The notes below the pieces were generated by a model. That model saw only the letters and a program-made list of their open reading frames with translations. It ran no database searches and had not been told where the DNA came from. A stretch of DNA of 63,990 bases, counting the filler, from Caldilineae bacterium (GTDB taxonomy: Bacteria; Chloroflexota; Anaerolineae; DTLA01): the NCBI GenBank assembly GCA_037446815.1. It is 11 parts of 11 records of this genome, joined end to end, with 100 filler letters (N's around TTAATTAATTAA, not from the genome) between each part and the next. Parts side by side here need not be neighbours in the genome. Positions count along the whole stretch, not along the records: positions 42,462 to 48,282 come from JBBIHX010000177.1; positions 48,383 to 54,150 come from JBBIHX010000178.1; 9 more parts are not named here. The stretch is one strand, 5' to 3'. Both the position numbers and the translations under genes were made by a program. This document shows positions 42,651-52,583 of the stretch, piece by piece (position 1 is the stretch's first letter; each line of letters starts with the position of its first letter).

Positions 42651-43058
42651 CTACTCCCCCCAGTCGCGCTTGTGGATCATGGCGCAGGCGTCGTGCACCA
42701 CCTGTATCCCGTGCTCGTGGCAATAGCGGATGGCCGCCTCGGACTCGGAGCCGGGCTGCATCCACACGCGGGTCAACCCCAGCGCGGCGCACTCCTGCAC
42801 CACCTGCTCGGTAACACGGGGCGGCACCACCAGGTCAACGACCTGCGGCTTCTCGGGCAGCGCGGCCAGGCTGGGGTACAGCGCCTGCCCATCAATCTCC
42901 CCGCCGCCCGGGTTCACGCCATACACCTTGTAGCCAGCGCCCCGCAACGTGCGGAAGATGCGGTTCCCGTATTTGGCCGGGTTCGTGGACGCTCCCACAA
43001 CGGCCCAGATGCGCAGGTTCGTAAACTCCTGAATCAACGTCTCCAAGTCGGTTTCCAT
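42651..43058 (-). CDS. CoA-binding domain protein
   Basis: WAVVGAS, YGVNP, VWMQPG, DAC. Confidence 0.88.
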   Translation of the reverse strand: METDLETLIQEFTNLRIWAVVGASTNPAKYGNRIFRTLRGAGYKVYGVNPGGGEIDGQALYPSLAALPEKPQVVDLVVPPRVTEQVVQECAALGLTRVWMQPGSESEAAIRYCHEHGIQVVHDACAMIHKRDWGE

Positions 43059-43113
43059 GTCGCACCTTCTAATGCAGACCAGGGTTCACCGCGCCTTGCC
43101 GGTGAGCCAAGGG

Positions 43114-44082
43114 CTAGGGCTGTGAGCCGCCGTCCCTGTGGAGGCCGTTGGCCGCCGTCGCCGGGTAGCACACGCCGCCCTCAAAGGCGTCCACGCATTG
43201 CCCGCAGTGGTTGCACTCAAACTGCACGGTGGTATGCTCAATGCCAAACCTGGCCTGCAAGCCCTGCTTGATGGCGTCCATGATGACCTGGGTCTGCGCC
43301 AACGCCTGATCCTCCAGCACCACGTGGGCACTGAGGGACGTGTACCCAGGCCCGACGCTCCAGATGTGCAGGTCGTGGACATTGCGGACACCAGGCACCG
43401 CGCCGATGGCCGCCGCCACCTCGCGCGCGCTTATGCCTGCGGGGCTGCCCTCCACCAGGATGTGCACCGACTCGCGGAAGATGCGCCACGCCCCGCCCAA
43501 GATGAGCAGTGCAATCCCCACGCTGAGAAGGGGGTCAACCACATACCAGCCGGTCAAAGCGATGACAATGGCGCCGCCGATGACGCCCACCGACGCCAGA
43601 GCATCCCCCAACACATGCCAGAAGGCGCTGCGGGTGTTCAAATCGTCGTGGTCGTGGGCGCGGAGCACTTGCGCCACGACGAGGTTCGCCACCAGGCCAA
43701 CCACCGCCACGGCCAGCATCAAGCCCGAGTCTATCTCGCGGGGGTTGAGCCAGCGCTCCCACGCCTCGCGCGCGATGAAGAACACCATGGCGAACAAGAG
43801 CAGGCTATTGGCGAGCGCCGCCAGCACCTTGGCGCGGTGGAAGCCGAAGGTATGATTCTCGTCCGCGGGCAACTCCGCCACCCGAAGCGCCACGTAACTC
43901 AACGCCAGCGCGAAGACATCCAGGAACACGTGCCCCGCGTCCGACAGCAGCGCAAGGCTATTGGACAGAATCCCGCCGACCACCTCGGCCACGAGGACGA
44001 CCGAGGTGATGACCAGGGCGAGGATGAACCGCTTCCCGACGGATCCGTGATTGTGTTCGTGTTCGTGCTCGTGATTGTGCAT
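43114..44082 (-). CDS. cation diffusion facilitator (CzcD/ZitB-like)
   Basis: His-rich N-terminus, SLALLSDAGH, HVLGD, VHDLHIW, HTTVQFE. Confidence 0.92.
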   Translation of the reverse strand: MHNHEHEHEHNHGSVGKRFILALVITSVVLVAEVVGGILSNSLALLSDAGHVFLDVFALALSYVALRVAELPADENHTFGFHRAKVLAALANSLLLFAMVFFIAREAWERWLNPREIDSGLMLAVAVVGLVANLVVAQVLRAHDHDDLNTRSAFWHVLGDALASVGVIGGAIVIALTGWYVVDPLLSVGIALLILGGAWRIFRESVHILVEGSPAGISAREVAAAIGAVPGVRNVHDLHIWSVGPGYTSLSAHVVLEDQALAQTQVIMDAIKQGLQARFGIEHTTVQFECNHCGQCVDAFEGGVCYPATAANGLHRDGGSQP

Positions 44083-44255
44083 GTCGTTCCGATGCCCCGT
44101 AACGTGATAGTCTTGGATACACCCATTCGGGCGGGCTGTCAAATCGTGTCTACGGGGCGCAATGCGTGGGGGCGCGATGGAATTGCGTCGGTGCCACCAA
44201 CGTCGCGCCCTGCGCCCTTGACAAACGCCGAAATCCGTTGACAATAGGCCCCAGC

Positions 44256-44338
44256 GGGGCGGTGGCGAAACGGCAGACGCTGCGGACTTAAAATCCGCTG
44301 GACGCGAGTCCGTGTGGGTTCAAATCCCACCCGCCCTA
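44256..44338 (+). tRNA. tRNA-Leu(TAA)
   Basis: Acceptor GGGGCGG/CCGCCCT, anticodon arm GCGGA-CTTAAAA-TCCGC, long variable arm, GTGGG-TTCAAAT-CCCAC; CCA not encoded. Confidence 0.95.
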
Positions 44339-44385
44339 TCTGGGGCGCGGGTGTCCCGCTTGCGTCGGCTCGCCGGGGGCCTGCG

Positions 44386-45936
44386 CTAGCGCTCCCGCCT
44401 GTACACCCGGTACGCCAGCCAATCCTCCCACCGGGGATTGGTGCGCCGCTCGCCCTCGCCCACGGGCGCGAAATCGCCGAACTCCGCCACCCGGCGATAG
44501 TCCGCTTCCAGCACCGCCAGAAGCCGCGCATAGTCCGCCTGCGGGTCGGGCGCATTGGTAAGCGCAACCCACTCCGGGCGCGCCTCCGGAGCCACGCGCA
44601 GGAACTCGTCCGTCGCCCGCATCGCCAGGGGCCGCCCCGATAGAAACGCAAGCATCTCGCCCGCCCAGGGCACGGCAGCGATGGCCTCGCCTTCGGGCAC
44701 GCGCTCCTTTAGATAGCCAACGACGCCCTCAAGATTCCGGCCGTAGGTCTGGCTCACGCGCACGCCGCGCGCCCGCTCTAACGCCAGCGTGTGGGCGAAC
44801 TTCCCAGGCGTCGCGTATCGCACCAGCGCGCCCCCGTACACCGCCACCAGCAGCGCCGCCGCCAACCCGAGCGCCAGCGCCCGCGTCGCCCGATGGCGGC
44901 GCCCCTCAACCCACCGGCGCACGACGTACACCAACAGCGCCAACGACGTGATGAGCAGCGCCGCGTTGTCGCCGGTGGAACCCGACGGATCGCCCACGAT
45001 GAACGCCTGGACGTAGACCGCGGGCGAGTACAGCGCCAGCAGGCGAACGGCATCCCGAGGGGCAGGGCGCTCGCGCCGCGCCATCCACCAGGCCACGGGC
45101 GAGATGACCACCGGCAGCGCGAACAGCGCCAGGTAGTACGCCTGTCGGACGCTCTCCCGCGACAGGGAGCGCGGAACGGCCGCGGCGAGGTTGTGCCACA
45201 GCGCCCACGCGGCGACCTTCTCACCCACCACTGCGAACTGCGGCCCGTAGATGGCGCCGAGCGCGTCCCACCCCAGCCAGGCCAGCAGAGCAACGTCTTG
45301 CAGTGCCACGACTCCGAGCCAGGGCGCGGCAAACCACAGGCAGGCGCGCGCGGCCTGCTTCCACGCCTTGCCAGGCCACGCCGCAAGCCACAGGAACAGG
45401 AGCATCGCCGCACCCGCCTGAACGCCGACGTTGAACTTGAACGAGCACAGCACCCCGACGAGCGCGCCCGCAACGGCCCACCATCGCACGCTGTCCGTCT
45501 CCCGCGCCCGGCACGCGCATTCCAGGGCCAGCAGGCCCACGACCGCCGCGTACATGTGGTTGTAGTTGTACGTCGGCAAGCGGTACAGGGCCAGGGCCGT
45601 CGTCGCCGCGATGCCCGCCCACGCGGGCGACAGGAACCGCCGCGCGATGCGCCAACACAGCAGAAGCGCCGCGTAGCCGGCTACGATGCCCGCCAGCCGC
45701 AGCGTGATGAGGCTCACGCCGAAGATGCGGTACAGCCCCGCGTTGAGGAACAGCCCCGTCGGCCCGTACAACCACCAGAAATCCAGGTACGGCCGCTCGC
45801 CCTGCAGAAGACGCAGCGGCGTAATCGCCGCAAATCCCTCATCGGCCGGGATGATGCCCAGCCGGAAGGTGAGGAGTTGCGTCGCGAAGTAGAGCAGCGT
45901 GATGGCGAGCAGGATTGCGTGCGTGCGTCGTTTCAT
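44386..45936 (-). CDS. ArnT/PMT-like (GT-C) membrane glycosyltransferase
   Basis: ADEG, GERPYLDFWWLYGP, many TM helices, FKFNVG. Confidence 0.75.
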   Translation of the reverse strand: MKRRTHAILLAITLLYFATQLLTFRLGIIPADEGFAAITPLRLLQGERPYLDFWWLYGPTGLFLNAGLYRIFGVSLITLRLAGIVAGYAALLLCWRIARRFLSPAWAGIAATTALALYRLPTYNYNHMYAAVVGLLALECACRARETDSVRWWAVAGALVGVLCSFKFNVGVQAGAAMLLFLWLAAWPGKAWKQAARACLWFAAPWLGVVALQDVALLAWLGWDALGAIYGPQFAVVGEKVAAWALWHNLAAAVPRSLSRESVRQAYYLALFALPVVISPVAWWMARRERPAPRDAVRLLALYSPAVYVQAFIVGDPSGSTGDNAALLITSLALLVYVVRRWVEGRRHRATRALALGLAAALLVAVYGGALVRYATPGKFAHTLALERARGVRVSQTYGRNLEGVVGYLKERVPEGEAIAAVPWAGEMLAFLSGRPLAMRATDEFLRVAPEARPEWVALTNAPDPQADYARLLAVLEADYRRVAEFGDFAPVGEGERRTNPRWEDWLAYRVYRRER

Positions 45937-46050
45937 CGTGAGCAGGAGTTTATCACCGTTTTGCCGCGGAATCAAGCGAGCCCGGCCAGACGATCGTTCC
46001 ATCTGGTGTGTCGTCGGCCCGTGCAGCCGCGCACCCTCGCCCGCCGCAAT

Positions 46051-46293
46051 CTGTCATTCCGAGCCGCGAAGCGGCGAGGAATCTCGTTGACCGAGATGCT
46101 TCGCCTTCGGATCAGCATGACATGAAGGGGCTGTCATTCTGAGCCGCGAAGCGGCGAGGAATCTCGTTGAGCGAGACCCTTCGCTTCGCTCAGGGTGACA
46201 CAACGAGGCTGTCATTCCGAGCCGCAAAGCCGCGAGGAATCTCGCTGAGCGAGACCCTTCGCTTCGCTCAGGATGACACAACGAGGCTGTCAT
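46051..46293. repeat. tandem array of three 78-80-nt REP-like palindromic units
   Basis: CTGTCATT(C/T)GAGCCGC...GAGGAATCTCG...TGACA starting at 46051, 46131 and 46209. Confidence 0.85.
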
Positions 46294-46427
46294 CAGTATA
46301 CACCAACTCTGCACCAATTTCCCCCATTGTCCGAACGGTCACAGAATGACTCTCCGTTTGACCCACCCCGCCCCCCTGTGCTAACATACGGTCTCCAGGG
46401 ACGAACTTCAGTTCACCGTAGAGTCAT

Positions 46428-46530
46428 GGTTGTAGGGGCAGGTTGTAGGGAGAGTCGTAGAGGCAGGTCGTAGGGGCAGGTCTCGGTAGGGGCAGGTCTG
46501 AGACCTGCCCCTACACCCCTGCACCCCTAC
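46428..46530. repeat. GTAG-type REP with tandem degenerate half-copies
   Basis: Four GTAG(G/A)G half-units at about 13-nt spacing before GTAGGGGCAGGTCTGAGACCTGCCCCTAC (46486-46514). Confidence 0.75.
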
Positions 46531-46692
46531 ATGTCTACGCGGCGTGGCAACATTCCATAATGCCCTCCGCATTCTCCGCAGTCCGCTCCGAGAATAGCAG
46601 TACGGTTCTCGTTCTTTGTGGTGAACGAAGTCTATGAAAACTCTGCGGTGAACCAGGTTCCGTCAATCGGCATTCCACACGCGAGGAAGCGC

Positions 46693-48012
46693 ATGAACGC
46701 CATAGAAATCATCGCCAAGAAGCGAGACGGCCAGACCCTAACCCGTGAGGAAATCAACGACTTCGTGCAGGGATTCGTGCGCGGCGACGTGCCCGACTAT
46801 CAGGTCGCCGCCTGGCTCATGGCCGTATTCCTGCGCGGCATGTCCTACGAGGAAACCGCCGACCTCACCCTGGCCATCGTCAACTCGGGCGACCGCCTGG
46901 ACCTGAGCGACATCGCGCCGTTCGTGGTGGACAAGCACTCCAGCGGCGGCGTGGGCGACAAGACCACCCTAGTCGTCGCGCCCATCGTCGCCGCCTGCGG
47001 CCTGCCCGTCGCCAAGATGAGCGGCCGCGCGCTGGGGTTCACCGGAGGCACGCTGGACAAACTGGAATCCATTCGCGGCTTCCGCGCCGACCTCACGACC
47101 GAGGAGTTCCTGGCCCAGGTGCGCGAGCACGGCATCGTCGTGGCGGGCCAGTCCAAGGACCTGGCGCCGGCCGACGGCAAACTGTACGCCCTGCGCGATG
47201 TTACCGCCACCGTGGACTCCATCCCCCTCATCGCCGCGTCCATCATGAGCAAGAAGATCGCCTCGGGCGCGAACGGCATCGTGCTGGACGTGAAGGTGGG
47301 GCGCGGGGCCTTCATGGAGACCGAGGAGCGCGCGCTGGAACTGGCGCAGACCATGGTGCGCATCGGCCGCAGCCTGGGGCGGCGCGTTACCGCCGTCTTG
47401 TCCGACATGAACCAGCCCTTGGGCAGGGCCGTGGGCAACGCCGTTGAAGTCAAAGAGGCGATAGATACCCTGAAGGGGCGCGGCCCCGCCGACTTCCTGC
47501 AACACTGCCTGACCGTCGCGGGCCAGATGGTGCTCCTGGCCGGCCGCGCCAAGGACGAGACCGAGGCGCGCGAATTGCTTCTCCGGCAAATCCGCTCGGG
47601 CGCCGGCCTGGCGAAGTTCAAGGAGATGGTCGCGGCCCAGGGCGGCGACACGGCCTACGTGGACGAGCCGGAGCGCCTCCCCAAGGCCGCCATCGTGCAG
47701 TCGTTCTTCGCCCCGCAGTCAGGCTACATCGCCGCGATAGACGCCCGCACCGTGGGGCTTACGGCGGCGCTGCTGGGCGCGGGACGCCAGAAGAAAGGCG
47801 ATCCCGTGGACTACGCCGTGGGCATCGTGTTCCAGCACAAGGTCGGCGATTATGTCAATGCCGGCGAGCCGCTCCTGACCATCCACGCCAACGACAACGA
47901 CAAACTGCGCGAGGCCCAGTTGCGGCTCCGCAACGCTATTCGCTTCAGTGACGCGCCGCCGCAGCCCTTGCCGCTCATCCATCGCATCTTGCGCGACACG
48001 GAGGTGGCGTAG
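46693..48012 (+). CDS. pdp: pyrimidine-nucleoside phosphorylase
   Basis: [46 protein letters not shown]. Confidence 0.94.
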   Translation: MNAIEIIAKKRDGQTLTREEINDFVQGFVRGDVPDYQVAAWLMAVFLRGMSYEETADLTLAIVNSGDRLDLSDIAPFVVDKHSSGGVGDKTTLVVAPIVAACGLPVAKMSGRALGFTGGTLDKLESIRGFRADLTTEEFLAQVREHGIVVAGQSKDLAPADGKLYALRDVTATVDSIPLIAASIMSKKIASGANGIVLDVKVGRGAFMETEERALELAQTMVRIGRSLGRRVTAVLSDMNQPLGRAVGNAVEVKEAIDTLKGRGPADFLQHCLTVAGQMVLLAGRAKDETEARELLLRQIRSGAGLAKFKEMVAAQGGDTAYVDEPERLPKAAIVQSFFAPQSGYIAAIDARTVGLTAALLGAGRQKKGDPVDYAVGIVFQHKVGDYVNAGEPLLTIHANDNDKLREAQLRLRNAIRFSDAPPQPLPLIHRILRDTEVA

Positions 48013-48096
48013 CACATCACGGTGCGACCACCGCACGCGGGCACGCGGCTGCGGTTCGCGGGGAGAAAGCACAAGACACGAGAGCAAACAAAAAGG

Positions 48097-48169
48097 CTCC
48101 TCGGGCAGGACTCGAACCTACAACCAACCGGTTAACAGCCGGCCGCTCTGCCGATTGAGCTACCGAGGA
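48097..48169 (-). tRNA. tRNA-Asn(GTT)
   Basis: TCCTCGGTAGCTCAATCGGCAGAGC...CCGG-CTGTTAA-CCGG...GTTCGAGTCCTGCCCGAGGAG. Confidence 0.96.
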
Positions 48170-48183
48170 GCGTTACAAACCCT

Positions 48184-48211
48184 ATTATACGCAGCGGCCA
48201 GAAAACGTCAA
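48184..48211 (-). promoter_or_regulatory. tRNA-Asn promoter
   Basis: Minus strand TTGACG, 16 nt, TATAAT. Confidence 0.75.
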
Positions 48212-48228
48212 AATCGCCCGCCGAGGAG

Positions 48229-48282
48229 GATTCGGTTCCAAACTGTGTTGGTGAACCGCATGGACACTCTCCTCGTGTGTCA
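48229..48282. mobile_element. MITE, partial
   Basis: GATTCGGTTCCAAACTGTGTTGGTGAACC... Confidence 0.8.
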
Positions 48283-48382
48283 NNNNNNNNNNNNNNNNNN
48301 NNNNNNNNNNNNNNNNNNNNNNNNNNTTAATTAATTAANNNNNNNNNNNNNNNNNNNNNNNNNNNNNNNNNNNNNNNNNNNN

Positions 48383-48475
48383 CAATCTCCGGGGCGTGGG
48401 GTTGCTTCGCTTCGCTCGCAACGACACACGAGGAGGGTGCGCCTACGGTTCACCAACATCAGATGAAACTGACTC
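48383..48475. mobile_element. MITE, partial
   Basis: ...GGTTCACCAACATCAGATGAAACTGACTC. Confidence 0.8.
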
Positions 48476-48490
48476 CGCCCCGAGGCGCGC

Positions 48491-48519
48491 TTGCGCAGGG
48501 ACGCCACTTCGGTCATAAT
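48491..48519 (+). promoter_or_regulatory. sigma70-type promoter
   Basis: TTGCGC, 17 nt, CATAAT. Confidence 0.55.
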
Positions 48520-48603
48520 ACCTGCGGGCCATGTGCGCCCCATGGGAACATCCGAGCGCCGAAAACCGTCTCCGCGTCAGAGCAACCCATCGGGAGGAGA
48601 TGC

Positions 48604-50037
48604 ATGTACCGACAGCCGGTCCAGCCGGAACCCGACTCGTCCAACCAGAGGCTTCTAATCGCCGCGCTCCTCGTCGGCGCGGTAGCGCTGGCGTGCGCCG
48701 CCGCGGCGGTGGTCGGCGGTCTCATGCTCCTGCGCCACCGTCAACCCCCGCCGGTCGTTCCCACAAGTCCGCCTGCCAGCGCCACGCCCGAACTCAAGAC
48801 GCGGATTGTCCTGGAACCGAGCGTGGGCGCGTTGGGCACGCCCGTATTCGTCCGCGGTACCGGCTGGGTTCCCGGCGAAGTCATCGTAGTGTTCCTGTTG
48901 GCGCCCAGCGGCAACATCAATGAGAGCCTGACCGTCGCCGTAGCCGTCGCGGACGAGCAGGGCGGGTTTGAGAAATCGTTCACCGCGCCCAAAGGGCCGC
49001 CCTGGGAAGGCATGACCGAACTCACCATCCTGGCCCGGTCCAACCGCACGGGCAGCGAGGCTCGCGCCACATTCCAGGTCGTGCCGCCCACCAGCACCCC
49101 AACCGCCACGCGGACGCCGACGTTGACACCCACGCCGACGCCGGGCACGCCCACGCCCACCCCCACGCAGGCCACGCCAACGCCCACCCGCACGCCCTTC
49201 GTCGCCACCGACTGGCTCGGCGAGTACTGGGCCAACCCGAACCTGTCGGGCGAGCCGGCGCTCCAGCGCAACGACGTCAAGGTGGACTTCGCGTGGGGTA
49301 CCGCCGCGCCCGACCCCTCCGTCCCCGCCGACCGATTCTCCGCGCGCTGGACCCGCGAATTGGTCTTTGACGAGGGGGCGTACATTTTCCACGTGGCCGT
49401 GGACGACGGAGCGCGGCTCTGGGTGGATCAGCGCCTAATCATTGACGAATGGCACGATTCGGGCCTCACCGAATACACCGCGCCCCTCTATCTGACAGCG
49501 GGGCGCCACTTCATCCGCATGGAGTACTACGACGCGGTGGACAACGCCGTGGCGAAACTCTGGTGGACGCCGCTCACTCAGTTCGCCGGCTGGAAGGGCG
49601 AGTACTACGAGAACCGCGACCTGGCCGGAGCCCCCATCCTCGTGCGCGACGAGCCGCAGATAGACTTTGACTGGGGCGAGGGCGCGCCGCCGGGCCTGGC
49701 CACGCCCGACCGCTTCTCCGTCCGCTGGACGCGCACCCTGAACCTGGCCGCGGGGTTGTACCGATTCCGCGCCCTGGCCGATGACGGCGTCCGCCTGTGG
49801 GTGGACGGCCAACTGCTGATAGACGAGTGGCACGATTCGCTGCGCCGGGCCTATGTGGGCGAGATCGCGCTGCAAGCAGGCCCGCATACAGTCCGCGTGG
49901 AGTATTACGAGAACGCGGGCGGGGCCGCCTGCAAGGTGTGGTGGGACACGGCGCTGCTCCCCACGGCCACGGCCACGGCCACGCTCGCGCCCACGTTCAC
50001 ACCGACGGCCCAGGCGACCACATCGGGCGCGCAGTAG
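48604..50037 (+). CDS. membrane-anchored protein with two PA14 domains
   Basis: N-terminal TM, Thr/Pro linker, and twice the pattern WxGEY, FSxRWTR, DDGxRLWVD, EYY. Confidence 0.88.
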   Translation: MYRQPVQPEPDSSNQRLLIAALLVGAVALACAAAAVVGGLMLLRHRQPPPVVPTSPPASATPELKTRIVLEPSVGALGTPVFVRGTGWVPGEVIVVFLLAPSGNINESLTVAVAVADEQGGFEKSFTAPKGPPWEGMTELTILARSNRTGSEARATFQVVPPTSTPTATRTPTLTPTPTPGTPTPTPTQATPTPTRTPFVATDWLGEYWANPNLSGEPALQRNDVKVDFAWGTAAPDPSVPADRFSARWTRELVFDEGAYIFHVAVDDGARLWVDQRLIIDEWHDSGLTEYTAPLYLTAGRHFIRMEYYDAVDNAVAKLWWTPLTQFAGWKGEYYENRDLAGAPILVRDEPQIDFDWGEGAPPGLATPDRFSVRWTRTLNLAAGLYRFRALADDGVRLWVDGQLLIDEWHDSLRRAYVGEIALQAGPHTVRVEYYENAGGAACKVWWDTALLPTATATATLAPTFTPTAQATTSGAQ

Positions 50038-50077
50038 GGCCGCGCACACGTGACGGAACGGCATCCACGGATAGCGC

Positions 50078-50225
50078 AACTCGGTTTCATCTTGTGTTGG
50101 GCTGCCCGCACGCCGCCTCCCCGCTCTGTCATGCTGAGCCGAAGGCGAAGCATCTCGGTCAGCGAGATTCTTCGCGGCTTCGCCGCTCAGAATGACAGTA
50201 GATGCCAACAGCCTTCGCGCGAGTC
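50078..50225. mobile_element. MITE with degenerate right end
   Basis: AACTCGGTTTCATCTTGTGTTGG...GTCATGCTGAG/CTCAGAATGAC...CCAACAG; no clear target duplication. Confidence 0.65.
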
Positions 50226-50241
50226 CAGGACACCCCCGAAT

Positions 50242-50270
50242 ATGACACATCCGCATTCCGTGCGTATAAT
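50242..50270 (+). promoter_or_regulatory. sigma70-type promoter
   Basis: ATGACA, 17 nt, TATAAT. Confidence 0.65.
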
Positions 50271-50313
50271 CCGACCGACATCGGAATCTGTGTCGCAGGA
50301 TTGCGGATAACAT

Positions 50314-51531
50314 ATGCGGAACTGGAGAACCACGCTGGCCGCCGCGTGGGTGGCCCAATTCCTGTGCATCGTGGGCTTCAACGCGGTGGGGCCATTCTAT
50401 CCCTTCTACGTCCGCGCGCTGGGCATTACCGACGTGAATCAGGTAACCCTATGGGCGGGCATCTTGGCGTCCACGGGTGCGGTTTCCATGGCCCTCATGT
50501 CGCCCATCTGGGGCGTCCTGGCCGACCGCCACGGGCGCAAGATCATGGTTGTGCGCGCCACGTTTGGCGGGGCCGTGGTTCTGGGCGCAATGGCCCTCGT
50601 GCAGTCGGTGCAGCAACTCTTCGTCCTGCGACTGTTGCAGGGGATGCTCACGGGGACGGTCAGCGCATTCATGACGCTCATCGCCACTATTGCGCCGCCT
50701 GGCGAGGTGGGGTTCGCCCTGGGGATGATGCAGATGGCCGTGTTCGGCGGGGCCTCGGTGGGGCCGCTGGTGGGCGGGCTGGTAGCCGACAACCTCGGCT
50801 ATCGGTGGGTCTTCGGGGTTACAGGCATCCTGCTGTTCGCGGGGGGCTTGCTGGCCACGCTCCTCATCCACGAGCAGTTCATCCCGCCCCAAGGCAAGCG
50901 GAACAACGGCCTGCTGGATGGCGTCCGAACCATCACCCACACGATGCCGGTGCTGGGGGCCCTTGTCGCCCTCGCCGGCATGTCCATGAGCAATGCCGTG
51001 CCCGGCCCGGTGCTCCCGCTGCTCGTGGAATCGCTCCAGCGCGACCCGACGCTGGTAAACACGGCGACCGGCTCGGTCTACGGGGTCAATGCCGTCGGCG
51101 CCGCCCTGGCGGCGGTGGTCATCGGGAGGCTTGTAGACAGGCGGGGCGCGAGCGTCCTCATGCTCGCTTGCGGCGTCGGGGCCGTGCTCGGCAACCTGGC
51201 GCAGGCCATCGCCCCCTCGTACCTGGTGATCACCGCCGGCACATTCGTGCTGGGGTTTTCGGTGGGTGGGCTGATGGTGTCGGCCAACGCCACGCTGGCC
51301 CGAACCGCTCCCAAGGAGCAGCAAGGCGCCATCTACGGGTTGAGTAATTCCACGGGGAGCGTCGGCTCGGCCCTTGGGCCGATGCTTGGGGCGTCGGTGG
51401 CGACGGCCTGGGGCATGCGCGCGCCATTCGCGACAGCCGCGGTGCTGATGGCGCTGGTTACCGGCTGGGTCGCGCTGACGCTGAAGCCGCGCCGCTCGGC
51501 GGCAGTCGGGGATTCGGCCAGCAGCCGATAG
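50314..51531 (+). CDS. MFS transporter (MdtG/DHA1-like)
   Basis: WGVLADRHGRK, LRLLQG, GPLVGG; about 12 TM segments. Confidence 0.9.
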   Translation: MRNWRTTLAAAWVAQFLCIVGFNAVGPFYPFYVRALGITDVNQVTLWAGILASTGAVSMALMSPIWGVLADRHGRKIMVVRATFGGAVVLGAMALVQSVQQLFVLRLLQGMLTGTVSAFMTLIATIAPPGEVGFALGMMQMAVFGGASVGPLVGGLVADNLGYRWVFGVTGILLFAGGLLATLLIHEQFIPPQGKRNNGLLDGVRTITHTMPVLGALVALAGMSMSNAVPGPVLPLLVESLQRDPTLVNTATGSVYGVNAVGAALAAVVIGRLVDRRGASVLMLACGVGAVLGNLAQAIAPSYLVITAGTFVLGFSVGGLMVSANATLARTAPKEQQGAIYGLSNSTGSVGSALGPMLGASVATAWGMRAPFATAAVLMALVTGWVALTLKPRRSAAVGDSASSR

Positions 51532-51564
51532 CCGCGCCAGGTCGCTGGGGCCGCGTCGCGCCTG

Positions 51565-51714
51565 GAGTCGGTTTCATCTTGTGTGGGTGAACCGCAGGCG
51601 CACTCTCCTCGTGTGTCGTTGCGAGCGAAGCGAAGCAACCTCACGCCCCGGAGGTTGCTTTGGGCGCTCCGCGCCCTCGCAATGACAAATACCAACAGAC
51701 TTTGAAACCGAATC
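51565..51714. mobile_element. complete 150-bp MITE, target duplication 7/8
   Basis: GAGTCGGTTTCA...TGAAACCGAATC flanked by CGCGCCTG and CGCGTCTG. Confidence 0.88.
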
Positions 51715-51737
51715 CGCGTCTGGCTGCCCCACCCCGC

Positions 51738-52583
51738 CTAGATGACGATCGTGGGGTAGAGGCGCGCGCCCACCGCCACCAGCGCCGCCAAGATGGCCGC
51801 CAGCACCAGGAAGTCCACGCCCAGGCCGAACCCGCTCACCCCACCCGCCAACATCAGCGCGCGCAGCGCGTCCACCTGGTACGACAGCGGGTTCACCCGC
51901 GAGATGACCTGGAGCCAGCCGGGCATCATGGCGATGGGGTAGATGGCGTTGCTGGCGAAGAACAGCGGCATGGTGAGCACCTGGCCGATGCCCATAAACC
52001 GCTCGCGCGTCTTCACCAGGCACGCGATGATGAGCGAGAACGTGGAGAAGATGGCCGCGCCCAACATGACCGTCAGAATCACGCCCGCCAGCGCCAACGG
52101 GTGCCAGTTGACCCGCACGCCCAGCACAAGCGCCAGAAGGTAGATGAACAGCCCCTGCACCAGGCCGCGGACGCCAGCCGACAACGCTTTGCCCAGCACC
52201 AGGGCCGTGCGCGGCGTCGGGCTCACCAGGAACTTGTGCAAGATGCCCAAGTCCCGCTCCCAGATGACCGAAATGCCGTAGAAGATGGCGATGAACAAGA
52301 CGCTCTGGGCCAGGATGCCCGGCGCCATGAAGTCTAGGTACCGGACGTCGCCCGTGGGGATGGCCCGCACCCGCGTGAACACCTGCCCGAAGACCAGCAA
52401 CCACAGCGTCGGCTGGACGGCGCGCATAAACAACTCCGTGGGGTCGTGGCGGAGTTTGCGGACATCCAGTTCGGCGATGATGAGAACTTTGTGCACGAAC
52501 TGGACGAGTGCGGCGAAGGGGTTCCCGCTCCAGGCCCGGCTAGCCAAGCCTGCGGGCTGTACGCCTTTCTCTGAGAGTCTCAC
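51738..52583 (-). CDS. ABC-2 type exporter permease
   Basis: YLDFMAPG, WERDLG, PLFFASNAIYP, NPLSY; start approximate. Confidence 0.88.
   Translation of the reverse strand: MRLSEKGVQPAGLASRAWSGNPFAALVQFVHKVLIIAELDVRKLRHDPTELFMRAVQPTLWLLVFGQVFTRVRAIPTGDVRYLDFMAPGILAQSVLFIAIFYGISVIWERDLGILHKFLVSPTPRTALVLGKALSAGVRGLVQGLFIYLLALVLGVRVNWHPLALAGVILTVMLGAAIFSTFSLIIACLVKTRERFMGIGQVLTMPLFFASNAIYPIAMMPGWLQVISRVNPLSYQVDALRALMLAGGVSGFGLGVDFLVLAAILAALVAVGARLYPTIVI

Noticed and set aside
44256..44400. tRNA used as an integration site (also tRNA-Asn at 48097)
   Set aside because: No integrase and no duplicated tRNA 3' end on these contigs.
46051..46293. CRISPR array
   Set aside because: Units are similar along their whole length with no unique spacers, and no cas genes are present.
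49081..49200. Thr/Pro repeats as DNA-level mobile repeats (also 30540-30780)
   Set aside because: Ordinary low-complexity linkers of surface proteins.
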